This document shows, one piece after another, positions 10,556 to 22,536 of a stretch of DNA of 32,000 bases; position 1 is the stretch's first letter, and the number at the start of each line of letters is the position of its first letter. The notes beneath the pieces are model-generated. The model did no database searches. It was given only the letters and a program-made list of their open reading frames with translations, and was not told the origin of the DNA. This DNA is from Candidatus Saccharimonadota bacterium (lineage in GTDB: Bacteria; Pseudomonadota; Gammaproteobacteria; Enterobacterales; Enterobacteriaceae), in assembly GCF_014857065.1 (NCBI RefSeq), contig NZ_CP046533.1, positions 480,001-512,000 on the forward strand, given 5' to 3'. The translations under genes and the position numbers were made by a program.

Positions 10556-11572
10556 ATGCAAATCAATGTTTATCAATCGCTCTTTCCTTGCAGAAACTTG
10601 TCGCATTTAAGATCTGCAAGTTTATTAGATAAACTAAAAAGTGGTCTAGTAAAAACTCGTCGTAAGCTAGGAAATTCAATAATTTCTCTGCTTAATTTTA
10701 AAAAAATAGATCAAAATTTGCTGGAATATATAGAGGAACAACTTATTTTAGCAGATGTAGGTATTGCAACCACACAAATTGTTATGGATAATGTAAAAAA
10801 AAAGATACCATCGTCAAGTAAAAACAATACGGAGTTTTTTTACAAGCAATTACGTCAAGAAATGTTATTAATGTTAGTCAATCTTGACCAACCGTTGTTG
10901 TTTTCAAAAAACAAAATCCCATTTGTCATTTTGATAGTAGGGGTGAATGGTGTTGGAAAAACCACTACTATCGGAAAATTAGCACATAGGTACAAATTGG
11001 AAGGTAAGAAAGTTATGTTAGCAGCTGGTGATACGTTTCGTGCTGCAGCTATAGAACAGCTACAAGCTTGGGGATCTTATAATAAAATTCCAGTTATTTC
11101 ACAACATGCAGGAGCTGATGCAGCAGCCGTGATTTTCGATTCTATTCAATCAGCTAAATCTAAAAAAATGGATATATTAATTGTAGACACTGCAGGTAGA
11201 CTACAAAATAAATTTCATTTAATGGATGAGTTAAAAAAAATCATCAAAACAATGAAAAAAATAAATATTAACATTCCTCATGAAATCATGTTAGTTATCG
11301 ACGCTAGCACCGGTCAAAATTCCATTAATCAGATTAAAGCATTTAATGAATCAATTGGAGTCACCGGAATTATTATGACTAAATTAGATGGTACAGCTAA
11401 AGGCGGAACAATTTTTAGTATTGCAAATAAATTTAAAATTCCTATTCGTTATATTGGCATTGGAGAAGCTATTGAAGATCTACACATTTTTGAAGCGTTA
11501 AATTTCATCGAAGCTATTTTCCCTATCCATCCTCAGCTGAAATTTGGAGATAGTAGACAACGAGAATACTAA
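10556..11572 (+). CDS. ftsY: signal recognition particle receptor FtsY (NG domain only; acidic A domain essentially absent)
   Basis: The NG domain aligns with E. coli FtsY (GVNGVGKTTTIGKLA, DTAGRLQNK, TKLDGTAKGG). I place the start at ATG 10556, with AAGGA 10 nt upstream. The upstream part of the track ORF (from 10460) has no homology. Confidence 0.88.
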   Translation: MQINVYQSLFPCRNLSHLRSASLLDKLKSGLVKTRRKLGNSIISLLNFKKIDQNLLEYIEEQLILADVGIATTQIVMDNVKKKIPSSSKNNTEFFYKQLRQEMLLMLVNLDQPLLFSKNKIPFVILIVGVNGVGKTTTIGKLAHRYKLEGKKVMLAAGDTFRAAAIEQLQAWGSYNKIPVISQHAGADAAAVIFDSIQSAKSKKMDILIVDTAGRLQNKFHLMDELKKIIKTMKKININIPHEIMLVIDASTGQNSINQIKAFNESIGVTGIIMTKLDGTAKGGTIFSIANKFKIPIRYIGIGEAIEDLHIFEALNFIEAIFPIHPQLKFGDSRQREY

Positions 11573-11824
11573 TTACACATGCTTATGCATAACAATAAAT
11601 TTTCAATTTGAGTTCCATTATGGTTCTGATGTTGTATTTATAGTTTAAACGTGATAGCATTTCGCTTTTAGTTCTTATGAATGCATTAACTTACTTGTTA
11701 GTTCTGTTCAGTCTAATTGGAATTATTCAATCATATCTGTGTATCGGAAACTGTAAGCAACGATGTATAATGAAGGCGGTAAAATTACCAGACGTACAAA
11801 ACTCATTAAGTGAAGATATTTGAA

Positions 11825-12685
11825 ATGATTACTAAAGATATGCACAATTTAACTTTAGTCTCTCAAGGTAATTTAGATGCTTACATCAGAGTAATAAATA
11901 CCTATCCTATTTTGACGTTGGAAGAGGAGCGTGAATTAGCCGAAAGATTATATTACAATGGTGATTTATTGGCCGCTAAACAACTCATTTTATCGCATTT
12001 AAGATTTGTAGTCCACATTGCACGCAATTATTCAGGATATGGATTACCTCAAGCCGATTTAGTACAAGAAGGTAATATTGGTTTAATGAAGGCGGTGCGT
12101 CGTTTTAATCCTGAATTAGATGTACGATTAGTTTCGTTTGCTGTACATTGGATAAAAGCTGAAATTCATGAGTACGTTTTGCGAAATTGGCGTATTGTTA
12201 AAGTTGCTACTACTAAAGCGCAACGCAAGTTATTTTTTAACTTGCGCAAGACTAAACAAAGATTAGGTTGGTTTAGTCAAATAGAGGCAGAAATGGTTGC
12301 AAAAGAACTCAAAGTTACTAGCAGAGATGTACGGGAAATGGAGTCCAGAATGACAGCTAAAGATATGACTTTTGAACAACCAGTGGATGATGAGTACAAA
12401 GAAGGGTTTGGCATATATCCCATGTTATATTTACAAGACAAAGCTATTGATTCATTTCTAAATGAAGATGATACCTGGAATAATCATGTTACTACAAAGC
12501 TTCATTGCGCATTAGATAGTTTAGATGAACGTAGTAAATGTATCATTTACTCCCGTTGGTTAAATATAGATAATAAAAGTACCTTACAGCAACTAGCTGA
12601 CAAATTTGGTATATCTGCTGAAAGGGTACGTCAACTGGAAAAAAATGCTATGAAAAAAATGCGTTTTACAATTGAAGCTAAATAA
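11825..12685 (+). CDS. rpoH: RNA polymerase sigma-32 (heat-shock sigma factor)
   Basis: It is colinear with E. coli RpoH, including the RpoH box [18 protein letters not shown] and [15 protein letters not shown] place the start at ATG 11825 ([22 protein letters not shown] vs MTDKMQSLALAPVGNLDSYIR). Confidence 0.93.
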   Translation: MITKDMHNLTLVSQGNLDAYIRVINTYPILTLEEERELAERLYYNGDLLAAKQLILSHLRFVVHIARNYSGYGLPQADLVQEGNIGLMKAVRRFNPELDVRLVSFAVHWIKAEIHEYVLRNWRIVKVATTKAQRKLFFNLRKTKQRLGWFSQIEAEMVAKELKVTSRDVREMESRMTAKDMTFEQPVDDEYKEGFGIYPMLYLQDKAIDSFLNEDDTWNNHVTTKLHCALDSLDERSKCIIYSRWLNIDNKSTLQQLADKFGISAERVRQLEKNAMKKMRFTIEAK

Positions 12686-13063
12686 ATGAAATTAATTTTG
12701 ATTTATTTAAAATTTCTATTAGTTACGAATATAAGGTAGGTTAATAATTTATAATCTGTCATTTCAAGTGAATTAATTACTTATTTTAAAAGTAAAACGA
12801 AGTAAATTTTAATGTCGTTCTTTAACTGTAAATGCTCAAAAAACTAATTTTAAGGTTAAAATAATTAGATACTCAATTAATATAAATTGATTTTGTTCGC
12901 GCTAAAGGATTTAGCAATGTGCTTATTATCTGCATGCAAGATTTATATTTGCTATGAATGATTGAGTGTGAAAAGAATAAATTGTTTTCATCCTTTTGCG
13001 GACTATAAGTACAAGGGTTTATAATATGTTAATAGAAATTTTTGCATAATTTTGGAGAAAATA

Positions 13064-15355
13064 ATGACAGTTTTAAGTCACATATTAGGATTTCCACGTA
13101 TAGGATTGCATCGAGAATTAAAAAAATCATTAGAAAATTATTGGAATGGACAATGTAATAAAAATGATTTGTTAAAAATTGGTCGTCAATTGAGAATGCG
13201 TCATTGGCAGCAACAAAAAGATATTGGAATCGACTTAATTCCAGTTGGTGATTTTGCTTGGTATGATCATGTATTGACCAATAGCTTTATGGTTAACAAT
13301 ATTCCTGATCGGCATCGTAATTATGCCGGAAATGATAACGTTGATATTGATTTGCTATTTTTTGTTGCTCGGGGCGGTTATAATAATTACAAAGAATCAA
13401 TAGCTGCATCTGATATGATTAAATGGTTTAATACCAACTACCATTATATAGTACCGGAGTTTGTTTTTGGACAAAAATTTGAATTAAAGTGGATTCAATT
13501 ATTAGATGAAGTAGATGAAGCTTTATCATTGGGTTATAATGTTAAACCAGTATTACTTGGTCCACTTACTTATCTCTGGTTGGGTAAGACAAAAGGTAAT
13601 AAATTTAATAAGTTGTTGTTGTTAGATTCTCTGTTACTTGTATATAAAGAAATTTTGGAAAAACTAGCTAAAAAAGGTATATCTTGGGTTCAAATTGACG
13701 AACCGATTCTTGTCTTAGAATTACCTAATGAATGGAAAGAAATATTTTACCATGCATATTTTCAGTTTAAAGATAATATTCAATTGTTATTGACCACATA
13801 TTTTGATTCTATCAGTCATCAAATAGACGTTATTCGAGAAATACCAGTACAAGGTATACATGTAGATTGCACAATAAAAGATAATGATTTGAGTGTCATT
13901 CATAAAAAATTGCCTTCAAATTGGTTATTGTCTGCAGGAGTTATTAATGGTCGTAATATTTGGTGTTCCGATTTATATAGCTGTTTCAAGCAATTATCTT
14001 TATTGACATCTAATCGTGAAATTTGGGTGGGATCATCTTGTTCTTTGTTACATAGTCCAATTGATTTATCCAATGAAGTAAAATTAAATAAGGAAATAAA
14101 AAATCAACTTGCTTTTGCAATACAAAAGTGTAAAGAGTTGGTTATGCTACGTACCGCTTTGAATGAGATTAATGATACTCAATATCAACATGCCCTCCAA
14201 CAATATTCTATACACAAATGTCCGCGATTGAATCCGAGTATAATACGTGATGAATTGGTAGAAGTTCGCTTAGAAAATATTATTTCTACAAAACATCATC
14301 GTAAACATCCTTATGAAATTCGTAAAATTGTACAAAAGGAATATTTTAAGTTACCTATTTTACCTATTACTACTATAGGCTCATTTCCTCAAACAGAAGA
14401 AATTAGAAAAATGCGTTTAGATTTTAAATCTGGACGTTTAGATTATTATTTGTATTGCGTTAACATTCGAAAATATATTAAAAAAATTATTCTAGAGCAA
14501 GAAAATATAGGATTAGATGTTTTAGTTCATGGTGAAATTGAACGTAATGATATGGTAGAATATTTTAGTGAGCATTTGAATGGTTTTATTTTTACTCAGA
14601 ATGGATGGATTCAAAGTTATGGATCTCGTTGCGTTAAACCTCCTATTATTATTGGAGATGTGAGTCGTCGAGACAATAAAGAAATTACTGTAAAATGGAT
14701 AAATTACGCACAATCACTTACTAATAAACCTGTTAAGGGAATGTTAACTGGTCCCATCACTATAATGTCTTGGTCTTTTTGTCGTGAAGATATAAATCCT
14801 AAAATTATTTCTTTGCAAATAGCTTCTGCTATACAAGATGAAGTAATGGATTTAGAGAATGCTGGAATCAACATTATCCAAATTGATGAGCCAGCATTTC
14901 GTGAAAGTTTACCGTTAAAAATCTCGGCTTGGTCAAAATACTTGAAATGGGCTGTTGAATCTTTTAAAGTTTGTTCTTCTTTAGCTAAAGATTCTACTCA
15001 AATACACACTCATATGTGTTATTCCGAATTCAGTGATATTATTGATATTATTGTCGAATTAGATGCTGACGTAATCACGATTGAAGCTTCCAGATCTAAC
15101 CTAGATATATTAGAATGTTTTAAAGAAATAAAGAATTTTAACTCAATTGGTCCAGGTATATATGATGTCCATTCATCTGTTATACCGAGTGTAGAATATT
15201 TTACTAAGCGTTTATATAAAATATTTAAGTATATTTCTATTGAACGTTTGTGGGTTAACCCTGATTGTGGATTAAAAACTAGATCTTGGAGAGAAGTCAT
15301 TCATTCTTTAACAAATATGGTACAAGCTGTAAAAAAGATGCGTAAAAATATTTAA
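13064..15355 (+). CDS. metE: cobalamin-independent methionine synthase
   Basis: The 763-aa product aligns over its full length with E. coli MetE. The Zn-ligand motifs HTHMCY and NPDCGLKTR are present. The start ATG 13064 is preceded by GGAG 6 nt upstream. Confidence 0.95.
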   Translation: MTVLSHILGFPRIGLHRELKKSLENYWNGQCNKNDLLKIGRQLRMRHWQQQKDIGIDLIPVGDFAWYDHVLTNSFMVNNIPDRHRNYAGNDNVDIDLLFFVARGGYNNYKESIAASDMIKWFNTNYHYIVPEFVFGQKFELKWIQLLDEVDEALSLGYNVKPVLLGPLTYLWLGKTKGNKFNKLLLLDSLLLVYKEILEKLAKKGISWVQIDEPILVLELPNEWKEIFYHAYFQFKDNIQLLLTTYFDSISHQIDVIREIPVQGIHVDCTIKDNDLSVIHKKLPSNWLLSAGVINGRNIWCSDLYSCFKQLSLLTSNREIWVGSSCSLLHSPIDLSNEVKLNKEIKNQLAFAIQKCKELVMLRTALNEINDTQYQHALQQYSIHKCPRLNPSIIRDELVEVRLENIISTKHHRKHPYEIRKIVQKEYFKLPILPITTIGSFPQTEEIRKMRLDFKSGRLDYYLYCVNIRKYIKKIILEQENIGLDVLVHGEIERNDMVEYFSEHLNGFIFTQNGWIQSYGSRCVKPPIIIGDVSRRDNKEITVKWINYAQSLTNKPVKGMLTGPITIMSWSFCREDINPKIISLQIASAIQDEVMDLENAGINIIQIDEPAFRESLPLKISAWSKYLKWAVESFKVCSSLAKDSTQIHTHMCYSEFSDIIDIIVELDADVITIEASRSNLDILECFKEIKNFNSIGPGIYDVHSSVIPSVEYFTKRLYKIFKYISIERLWVNPDCGLKTRSWREVIHSLTNMVQAVKKMRKNI

Positions 15356-15603
15356 AATATAATCAAAATCGTAACTATTTTCATTTTATGTGCAATTAAT
15401 AACTAGTTTTGGATACATGGGATTCGCAATGTTATTTACAAAAATTTTTCAATTATGAGGAGCGCTGTTTTATTATTTGTCCATATAGTATTGCGGTCAA
15501 GTGGTGTATATCTTTTATTCATTTATTAATTAAATTGTGAAAATATAGCTACTTTTAGTTCACATTTTAATAACGAAATATATTTTATTTAAAGAGGTGT
15601 TTA

Positions 15604-16380
15604 ATGTCGGTAACTAGTGCATTTCATCTTGGTTTAAATTCTTTAGATATTAAAAGTGCTATTTTAGCAATTATACCTGGAAACCCTCAAAGAGTTAGTA
15701 AAATAGCAAGTATGATGTCTAACCCATCACATTTGTCTACTCGTCGTGAGTTTGTAGTATGGCGTGCAGAAATAAATGAAAACATAATAATTGTATGTTC
15801 TACAGGAATTGGTGGTCCGTCCACTTCTATTGTGGTAGAAGAATTAGCTCAATTAGGTATTCGTATTTTTTTACGAGTGGGTACTACAGGGGCTATTCAA
15901 GAATATATTAATGTAGGTGATCTTTTAATAATAAATGCCGCTGTAAGACTTGATGGTGCTAGTCAACATTTTGCTCCTTTAGAGTTTCCTGCAGTATCAA
16001 ATTTTGATTGTACAACATCTTTAGTGAAGGCTGCTAAACATGTGGGTGTAAGATTTCATTTGGGTTTTTCTGTATCTTCAGATACGTTTTATCCAGGTCA
16101 AGAACGTTACAATACATATACTGGTTATGTAATAACTAAACTACGTGGTTCAATGCAAGAATGGCAAAATATGGGCGTCATGAGTTATGAAATGGAATCA
16201 GCCACTTTGTTGACTATGTGTGCTGTTCAAGGATTGAAAGCAGGTGTGATTACAGGAGTTATTGTTAATCGCTTGAAAAATGAAATTCCAAATAATAAAA
16301 CAATAAGAAAGATCGAAAAAAGTACTGCAAATGTTGTTATAAAAGCTGCTCAGATTTTGCTAACAAGCAGTTTTTGTTGA
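15604..16380 (+). CDS. udp: uridine phosphorylase
   Basis: The 258-aa product is colinear with E. coli Udp (VCSTGIGGPSTSI.VEELAQLGIR, RLDGAS.HFAPLEFPAV, YEMESATLLTMCA). Confidence 0.93.
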   Translation: MSVTSAFHLGLNSLDIKSAILAIIPGNPQRVSKIASMMSNPSHLSTRREFVVWRAEINENIIIVCSTGIGGPSTSIVVEELAQLGIRIFLRVGTTGAIQEYINVGDLLIINAAVRLDGASQHFAPLEFPAVSNFDCTTSLVKAAKHVGVRFHLGFSVSSDTFYPGQERYNTYTGYVITKLRGSMQEWQNMGVMSYEMESATLLTMCAVQGLKAGVITGVIVNRLKNEIPNNKTIRKIEKSTANVVIKAAQILLTSSFC

Positions 16381-16561
16381 TTGAAATGAGGGAAAGATGA
16401 TATACCATAACTCATTATTTGTGATTTCTTAATTTAGAATTTTCCATTTTAGTATAATTATGTTACGGTTTGAATATCTAATTACTACAGTTGTATTTGT
16501 TAATATTTGTAAAAATCTTTATGATATTTTGAAGACCTTTAGGTATTAAAGGAGGTTCAAT

Positions 16562-18088
16562 GTGGAGGTTCATTATAAAATTTGGATTTTTTGTTTTTGT
16601 TGTATTTTTATTTCTGTGATTTTTGGTTATCTAATTGGTTGGTTAATAGCTACCTTTGTACAACAAAAACGTTTTTTAAAGAAAGAAAATCAGTATGTTA
16701 ATCATGAGCAAGTTTTAAAAGCAACATTGCGGGATTTAGAGGCTGAATTAAATTTATGTCATCAAATGGAGCTACAGTATAAACAAAAAGACCATTTGTT
16801 ATCTGATTTTCAAAAAAAGTTATTTATTGCTGAAGAGCGTGTAGCTTCTTTAGCTTGTTTACGGCAGGAATATGATAATCTTAATAATGAGTTAAAAGTT
16901 CAACTTAATATCAATAATTGTCAAGAAGCTGAACTTAAGATAGCACTTGCACGTTTGGAAGATATTAAGTCAGTAATTGAAGAAAGAGAAAGGTTATTAG
17001 TGAATGATAAAGAAAGTTTTACAACACAATTTGAAAATTTAGCTAATCGTATCGTTGAACGCAATAATTCTAGCATGGATAAGCAGAATAAATTGAGTCT
17101 TGAAAAATTGTTAATTCCTCTTCGTGAACAAATAGATAATTTTCGTCAATTAATACAAGAAAGTTTTTATAAAGAAGAGCGTGAAAGGCATACTTTATCG
17201 CATGAAGTACATAATTTACAAAATTTAAGTGTAAAAATGTTTCAGGAAACAATTAATTTAACTAAAGCTTTAAAAGGTAATAATAAGATACAAGGAAGTT
17301 GGGGGGAAATGATTTTACATAAGGTTCTTGAATCATCCGGTATGCGAGAGGGATATGAATTTCATACTCAAGCACAATTTAAACAAGATGATGGTCGTAA
17401 GTCACAGCCTGATGTGGTAGTACATTTACCTAAAGATAAGGATGTTATTATTGATTCAAAGATGTCTTTAGTGGCTTATGAACGATATTTTAATGGCATA
17501 GATGAAATGGATCGCCAGTCAGCTCTTGAAGCACATATTAATTCTTTGAAATCCCATATTAAATTATTAGGTAAAAAAAATTATGAACAATTAATAGGTT
17601 TACGAAGTCTTGATTTTGTTTTATTGTTTGTTCCAATAGAAACTGCTCTTGTGATTGCGATAGATGCATGTCCAGAATTGATTAATGAGGCATTATCTCG
17701 TAACATTATATTAGTTGGTCCAAGTACGTTATTAGTGGCATTACGAATTATTAATAATATATGGCGTTATGAATATCAAAATCGTAACGCGCAAAAGATA
17801 GCAAAAAAAGCATCACGTTTATATGATAAAATACGTTTGTTTGTTGATGATTTTAATAAAATTGGTTTAAGTATTGATAAATTGCAAGCTAATTATCAAT
17901 TAGCTAAGAAAAAATTGTTTGAGGGAACTGCTAATATTATTAGTCAAGTTGAGGGATTTCGTTGTTTAGGTGTAGAAGTTAAAAATCCTATTATTACTGA
18001 TAATTTAGAGAGTGTTATTTTAACAACAGGTAATTCTTGTAATAAAGATCTTCTTGAGAAGAAAAGTGTTCAAGAGAATATTAAATAG
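16562..18088 (+). CDS. rmuC: DNA recombination protein RmuC
   Basis: It aligns with E. coli RmuC (FENLANRI, LREQ.D.FR, ERHTL.HE..NLQ.L, LKG.NK.QG.WGE, QPDV.V.LP..KDV.IDAKM.LVAYERYFN, NAQ.IA..AS.LYDK.RLF.DD). The GTG start at 16562 has AAGGAGG 6 nt upstream. Confidence 0.9.
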   Translation: MEVHYKIWIFCFCCIFISVIFGYLIGWLIATFVQQKRFLKKENQYVNHEQVLKATLRDLEAELNLCHQMELQYKQKDHLLSDFQKKLFIAEERVASLACLRQEYDNLNNELKVQLNINNCQEAELKIALARLEDIKSVIEERERLLVNDKESFTTQFENLANRIVERNNSSMDKQNKLSLEKLLIPLREQIDNFRQLIQESFYKEERERHTLSHEVHNLQNLSVKMFQETINLTKALKGNNKIQGSWGEMILHKVLESSGMREGYEFHTQAQFKQDDGRKSQPDVVVHLPKDKDVIIDSKMSLVAYERYFNGIDEMDRQSALEAHINSLKSHIKLLGKKNYEQLIGLRSLDFVLLFVPIETALVIAIDACPELINEALSRNIILVGPSTLLVALRIINNIWRYEYQNRNAQKIAKKASRLYDKIRLFVDDFNKIGLSIDKLQANYQLAKKKLFEGTANIISQVEGFRCLGVEVKNPIITDNLESVILTTGNSCNKDLLEKKSVQENIK

Positions 18089-18198
18089 ATTGTTAGTTAT
18101 CTTGTAAAATGAAAGAAGAATTTTACTTAATTGACATGTTGTCTTTAACTATTTGTTGAAATGATCTTTTTGTTTTAATTAAATTGCTTAGTTTTAAT

Positions 18199-18960
18199 AT
18201 GTCAAATAAATATAATAATGATATTACAGATTTTGGTTTTCGTTTTGTAAAGAAAAACGAAAAGACCCTGATGGTTTTTAATATTTTTAGTTCTGTGGCA
18301 ACGAAGTATGATTTAATGAATGATTTAATGTCTTTTGGTATTCACCGTACTTGGAAACGAAGATTAATTAAATATAGTGAGGTTAGTTATGGACATCATG
18401 TTTTAGATATTGCTGGAGGTACTGGTGATTTGACTGTTTACTTCGCTGGTTTAGTAGGTGATCAAGGTGTGGTTGTGTTGGCTGATATTAACGATGTTAT
18501 GCTAAAGGAAGGTCGCAAAAAATTACGTAATTTAGGATTAATTAGAAATATATTTTATGTTCAAGCAAATGTTGAAGCATTACCTTTTTTAAATGAGAAA
18601 TTTGATTGTGTTTCTATGTCTTTTGGTTTTCGTAATGTTACTGAAAAAGAACGAGCGTTGCGTTCAATTTATAGAGTATTAAAATATGGTGGTAGATTTT
18701 TGCTTTTAGAATTTTCCCAACCATCATCTGGTTTTTTAAATACACTTTATGATATTTATTCTTTTTATTTTTTACCAAAACTTGGTAAATTAATCGTAAA
18801 TGATGCAGATAGTTATCGTTATCTTGTTGAATCAATACGTATGCATCCTAGTCAAGATATTATAAGAAATATGATGTTGAATACTGGTTTTTGTAAAGTT
18901 GAGTATTTGAATATGACTGGGGGTATAGTTGCTTTACATCGTGGATATAAATTTAATTAA
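18199..18960 (+). CDS. ubiE: demethylmenaquinone/ubiquinone C-methyltransferase
   Basis: It is colinear with E. coli UbiE ([54 protein letters not shown]). I place the start at ATG 18199. Confidence 0.92.
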   Translation: MSNKYNNDITDFGFRFVKKNEKTLMVFNIFSSVATKYDLMNDLMSFGIHRTWKRRLIKYSEVSYGHHVLDIAGGTGDLTVYFAGLVGDQGVVVLADINDVMLKEGRKKLRNLGLIRNIFYVQANVEALPFLNEKFDCVSMSFGFRNVTEKERALRSIYRVLKYGGRFLLLEFSQPSSGFLNTLYDIYSFYFLPKLGKLIVNDADSYRYLVESIRMHPSQDIIRNMMLNTGFCKVEYLNMTGGIVALHRGYKFN

Positions 18961-19309
18961 TAGATAATGTTCTGCTTATTTTCAACGTAAATGACAAAAT
19001 TTTTATATGTTGCTGAGCTAGCATGCCTGTTATAGAAAGTGGGCCTTTATTTTATTGAATAACTTATAAAACCTAGGTTTATGCTATAGGCAATCACATT
19101 ATATCATGAGTAAATTTATGAACCATTAATTTTGTATATTAAATTTTCATAATTTTCATAAGTAGAATTTTGATATTTTTAAAGTTCATATTACGTTGTA
19201 ATATAAGATGCTGATCTGTTTTAAATTTAATATTGTATTTTATTTAAGTTCATGTAAATAAATTATTTAAATAACATGTTTAATTACAAATAAAATTAAG
19301 GGGTATCTA

Positions 19310-20950
19310 ATGGTTTTTAATAAATGTTACCGTTTGTATTGTATAATGCGTGTAATATTTAATTATGGTTTAATAGAATATATCCCAAAGAATAAATTAA
19401 TTTTGCCGTTTCGTATATTTTATAAATTATTTTTTTGGGTACCAAATAAATATCCTAACCTATTGTTTGGTGAACGTTTGCGTTTAGCTTTTCAAGAACT
19501 TGGTCCAGTATGGGTTAAATTTGGCCAAATGCTTTCTACTCGTAGAGATATTTTTCCTTCTATTATTTCTGATCAATTGTCTATTTTACAGGATCAAGTT
19601 GAACCTTTTGATGGTGTATTAGCTCGATCGTATATTGAACACATTATGGGGCGACCTTTGGAAATGTGGTTTGATAATTTTGAAGAAAATCCATTAGCTT
19701 CTGCTTCTATATCTCAAGTTCATGTTGCTAAATTGAAGCAAAATGGGAAAGAAGTAGTTATTAAAGTGATTCGACCAGATATATTACCAGTTATTAAATC
19801 AGATATAAGTTTGATGTATAAATTAGCTAATTGGATACCTAAATTATTTTCTAAAGGGAAACGTTTAAGATTTTTAGAAGTTGTAATGGAATATGAAAAA
19901 ATTATTTTTAATGAATTAAATTTGTTATATGAAATGTCGAATACGATTCGATTACGTCATAATTTCAGAAAAAGTGCAATTTTATATATACCTGAAGTTT
20001 ATCCTGATTATTGTAGTAAAAATATGATGGTTATGGAGCGTATTTATGGAATATCTATCAATAAGAAATTGATGTTACAAAAACAAGGGATTGATATGAA
20101 ACTATTAGCAGAGCGTAGTATTCAGATTTTCTTTGTTCAAATATTTCGTGATAGTTTTTTCCATGGTGATATGCATCCTGGTAATATTTTTGTGAGTTAT
20201 AATAATCCTAGAGATCCTCAATTTATCTGTATTGATTGTGGTATTGTAGGATCTTTGAATAAGAAAGATAAATATTATTTGGCTGCAAATTTTATTGCTT
20301 TTTTGAATCGTGATTATAAAAAAGTTGCAGAATTACATATTGCTTCTGGATGGGCTCCTTCGTCTACTAATATTGAGGAATTTGAAAGCGCTATTCGTAT
20401 GGTATTTGAGCCTTTGTTTGAAAAGCCTTTGGAAAATATTTCATTAAGTTATATTTTATTAAATTTATTAAATACAGCTAGATGTTTTGATATGGAGGTT
20501 CAACCTCAATTAGTATTGTTACAGAAGTCATTACTGTATATTGAAGGTATGGTTCGTCAATTATACCCTAAATTAGACTTATGGAAGACAACTAAACCAT
20601 TTTTTGAAAATTGGATGAAAGAACAAGCAAGCATATCAATATTTTTTCGTAATTTAAAAGATAAAGTTCCTTATTGGAGTGAGAAGTTACCAGAAATACC
20701 TGAACTTATTTATGATGTTGTTAAGGATCATAAAATTTTGCATAAGAAAATTAATGAGGTAGCAATCGAATTGAATATATATCGTATCAAGCAAGGACAG
20801 TCGTGGTTTTTATTCGGTATTGGATCTACTTTAATACTGATTGGTATTTTTTTATATATTCAAGGCAATACTATTAATGTGTTGTATTTCAGTTTTTTAT
20901 TTTTAGGCTTAGTAAGTTGGATTTTTGGTTGGAGAAAATTATGTAATTAA
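19310..20950 (+). CDS. ubiB: ubiquinone biosynthesis protein kinase-like UbiB
   Basis: The product is 546 aa, the same length as E. coli UbiB, and colinear throughout ([56 protein letters not shown]). Confidence 0.93.
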   Translation: MVFNKCYRLYCIMRVIFNYGLIEYIPKNKLILPFRIFYKLFFWVPNKYPNLLFGERLRLAFQELGPVWVKFGQMLSTRRDIFPSIISDQLSILQDQVEPFDGVLARSYIEHIMGRPLEMWFDNFEENPLASASISQVHVAKLKQNGKEVVIKVIRPDILPVIKSDISLMYKLANWIPKLFSKGKRLRFLEVVMEYEKIIFNELNLLYEMSNTIRLRHNFRKSAILYIPEVYPDYCSKNMMVMERIYGISINKKLMLQKQGIDMKLLAERSIQIFFVQIFRDSFFHGDMHPGNIFVSYNNPRDPQFICIDCGIVGSLNKKDKYYLAANFIAFLNRDYKKVAELHIASGWAPSSTNIEEFESAIRMVFEPLFEKPLENISLSYILLNLLNTARCFDMEVQPQLVLLQKSLLYIEGMVRQLYPKLDLWKTTKPFFENWMKEQASISIFFRNLKDKVPYWSEKLPEIPELIYDVVKDHKILHKKINEVAIELNIYRIKQGQSWFLFGIGSTLILIGIFLYIQGNTINVLYFSFLFLGLVSWIFGWRKLCN

Positions 20951-21057
20951 TTTATTTATTTTTTTTTGAAATATTTGTTGATACACCTTAAATTTATGTA
21001 GTTGTAGATCATGTGTACTATTTAGTAATAGTTATTGATGAATTAGTATGGATAATT

Positions 21058-22536
21058 ATGAGTTCAAATAAAAATTTGCGTAATTTCATTTCTGCATTAG
21101 AAAAATCAGGAGATTTAAAAATTATCGATTTACCAATTGATCCTTATTTAGAAATAACAGAAATCGCAAAACGTACTTTGGAAAATGAAGGGCCTGCGTT
21201 ATTATTTAATTATCCTAAAAATTACAACATGCCTGTCCTCTGCAATTTATTTGGTACTGTTAATAGGATTATTTTGGGCATGGGTCAAAAGAATATTGAA
21301 GATTTACGTGATATAGGCAAATTGTTAGCTTTTTTAAAGGAGCCAAAACCACCTCAAGGATTGCGTGATTTGTTTGATCAATTTCCTAAATTTCGTCGTA
21401 TTTTTCATATGAGAGTGAAACGTTTAAATACAGCTTCTTGTCAAGAAGAAATTTATCAAAGTCAAAATGTTGATTTAAATTGCCTTCCAATTATGCATTG
21501 TTGGCCAAGAGATGTATCTCCGGTAATTACTTGGGGATTGACTATTACTCGCGGTTTAAGAAGAACAAGACAAAATATTGGTATTTATCGTCAACAGGTT
21601 TTAGCTAAAAATAAATTGATTATGAGATGGTTGCCTAATCGAGGAGGGGCTTTGGATTTCAAAGAATGGTTAGAGCATTGCCCTGGGAAAAGATTTCCTG
21701 TGACAGTATCTTTAGGGGCAGATCCGGCTACTTTATTAGCTGCGGTTGTGCCTGTTCCTGATAAATTATCAGAGTATGCTTTAGCTGGGTTATTTCGTGG
21801 TTCTAAAACTGAAGTAGTGAAGTGCGTTTCATGTGATCTTGAAGTTCCAGCTAGTTCTGAAGTTATATTAGAAGGTTATATTGAAAAAGGAATAACTTCT
21901 ATAGAAGGACCATTTGGCGATCATACTGGTTATTATAATAGCACCGATTTTTTTCCTGTTTTTACCGTTACTCATCTTACTCAAAGACACAATGCTATTT
22001 ATCATTCTACTTATACTGGACGTCCTCCTGATGAACCTTCTAGAATTGGAATGATAATGAACGAAATTTTTATACCTATTTTGCAAAATAAATTTCCTGA
22101 AATTATTGATTTTTATTTACCTCCTGAGGGATGTTCTTATAGAATTGCATTAGTTAGAATTCAGAAATATTATTTAGGTCATGCTAGGCAAATCATGTTG
22201 GGTATTTGGTCTTTTTTGCGTCAATTTATGTATACTAAGTTTATTATTATCTGTGATGATGATATTGATATTCGTAATTGGAAAGATGTAATTTGGTCGA
22301 TTAGTACTCGTGTAGATCCTTTTCGAGATATTATGATTCTTGAGTCAATGCCTATTGATTATCTTGATTTTGCTTCTCCTATATCTGGTTTAGGTTCTAA
22401 ATTAGGAATGGATGCTACTAATAAATGGCCTGGTGAAACTCAACGTGAATGGGGTATTCCTATTAAAATGGATAAGAAAGTTTGTGATTATGTTGATAGT
22501 ATTTGGGATGAGTTAGATATTTTAAAAGTTAAGTAA
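21058..22536 (+). CDS. ubiD: 3-octaprenyl-4-hydroxybenzoate carboxy-lyase
   Basis: It is colinear with E. coli UbiD ([65 protein letters not shown]). I place the start at ATG 21058. Confidence 0.93.
   Translation: MSSNKNLRNFISALEKSGDLKIIDLPIDPYLEITEIAKRTLENEGPALLFNYPKNYNMPVLCNLFGTVNRIILGMGQKNIEDLRDIGKLLAFLKEPKPPQGLRDLFDQFPKFRRIFHMRVKRLNTASCQEEIYQSQNVDLNCLPIMHCWPRDVSPVITWGLTITRGLRRTRQNIGIYRQQVLAKNKLIMRWLPNRGGALDFKEWLEHCPGKRFPVTVSLGADPATLLAAVVPVPDKLSEYALAGLFRGSKTEVVKCVSCDLEVPASSEVILEGYIEKGITSIEGPFGDHTGYYNSTDFFPVFTVTHLTQRHNAIYHSTYTGRPPDEPSRIGMIMNEIFIPILQNKFPEIIDFYLPPEGCSYRIALVRIQKYYLGHARQIMLGIWSFLRQFMYTKFIIICDDDIDIRNWKDVIWSISTRVDPFRDIMILESMPIDYLDFASPISGLGSKLGMDATNKWPGETQREWGIPIKMDKKVCDYVDSIWDELDILKVK

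Noticed and set aside
11766-11771. TATAAT hexamers upstream of rpoH (11766-11771) and of rpmB (31800-31805) as candidate -10 elements.
   Set aside because: TATAAT-like hexamers arise by chance at high frequency in DNA this AT-rich. Neither has a convincing -35 partner at 16-18 bp, so I do not report them as promoters.
12950-12990. TGAAAAGAATAAATTGTTTTCA inverted repeat upstream of metE, considered as a MetR-type (TGAA-N5-TTCA) site.
   Set aside because: The half-site spacing is far too large for the LysR-type MetR motif, and metR is missing from its ancestral divergent position.
15536-15564. TGTGA-N19-TCACA inverted repeat upstream of udp, reminiscent of CRP half-sites (E. coli udp is CRP/CytR regulated).
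   Set aside because: The spacing is 19 nt instead of the 6 nt required for a CRP site. Such 5-mers are common in AT-rich DNA, and reduced symbionts often lack crp. It is not supportable as a regulatory site.
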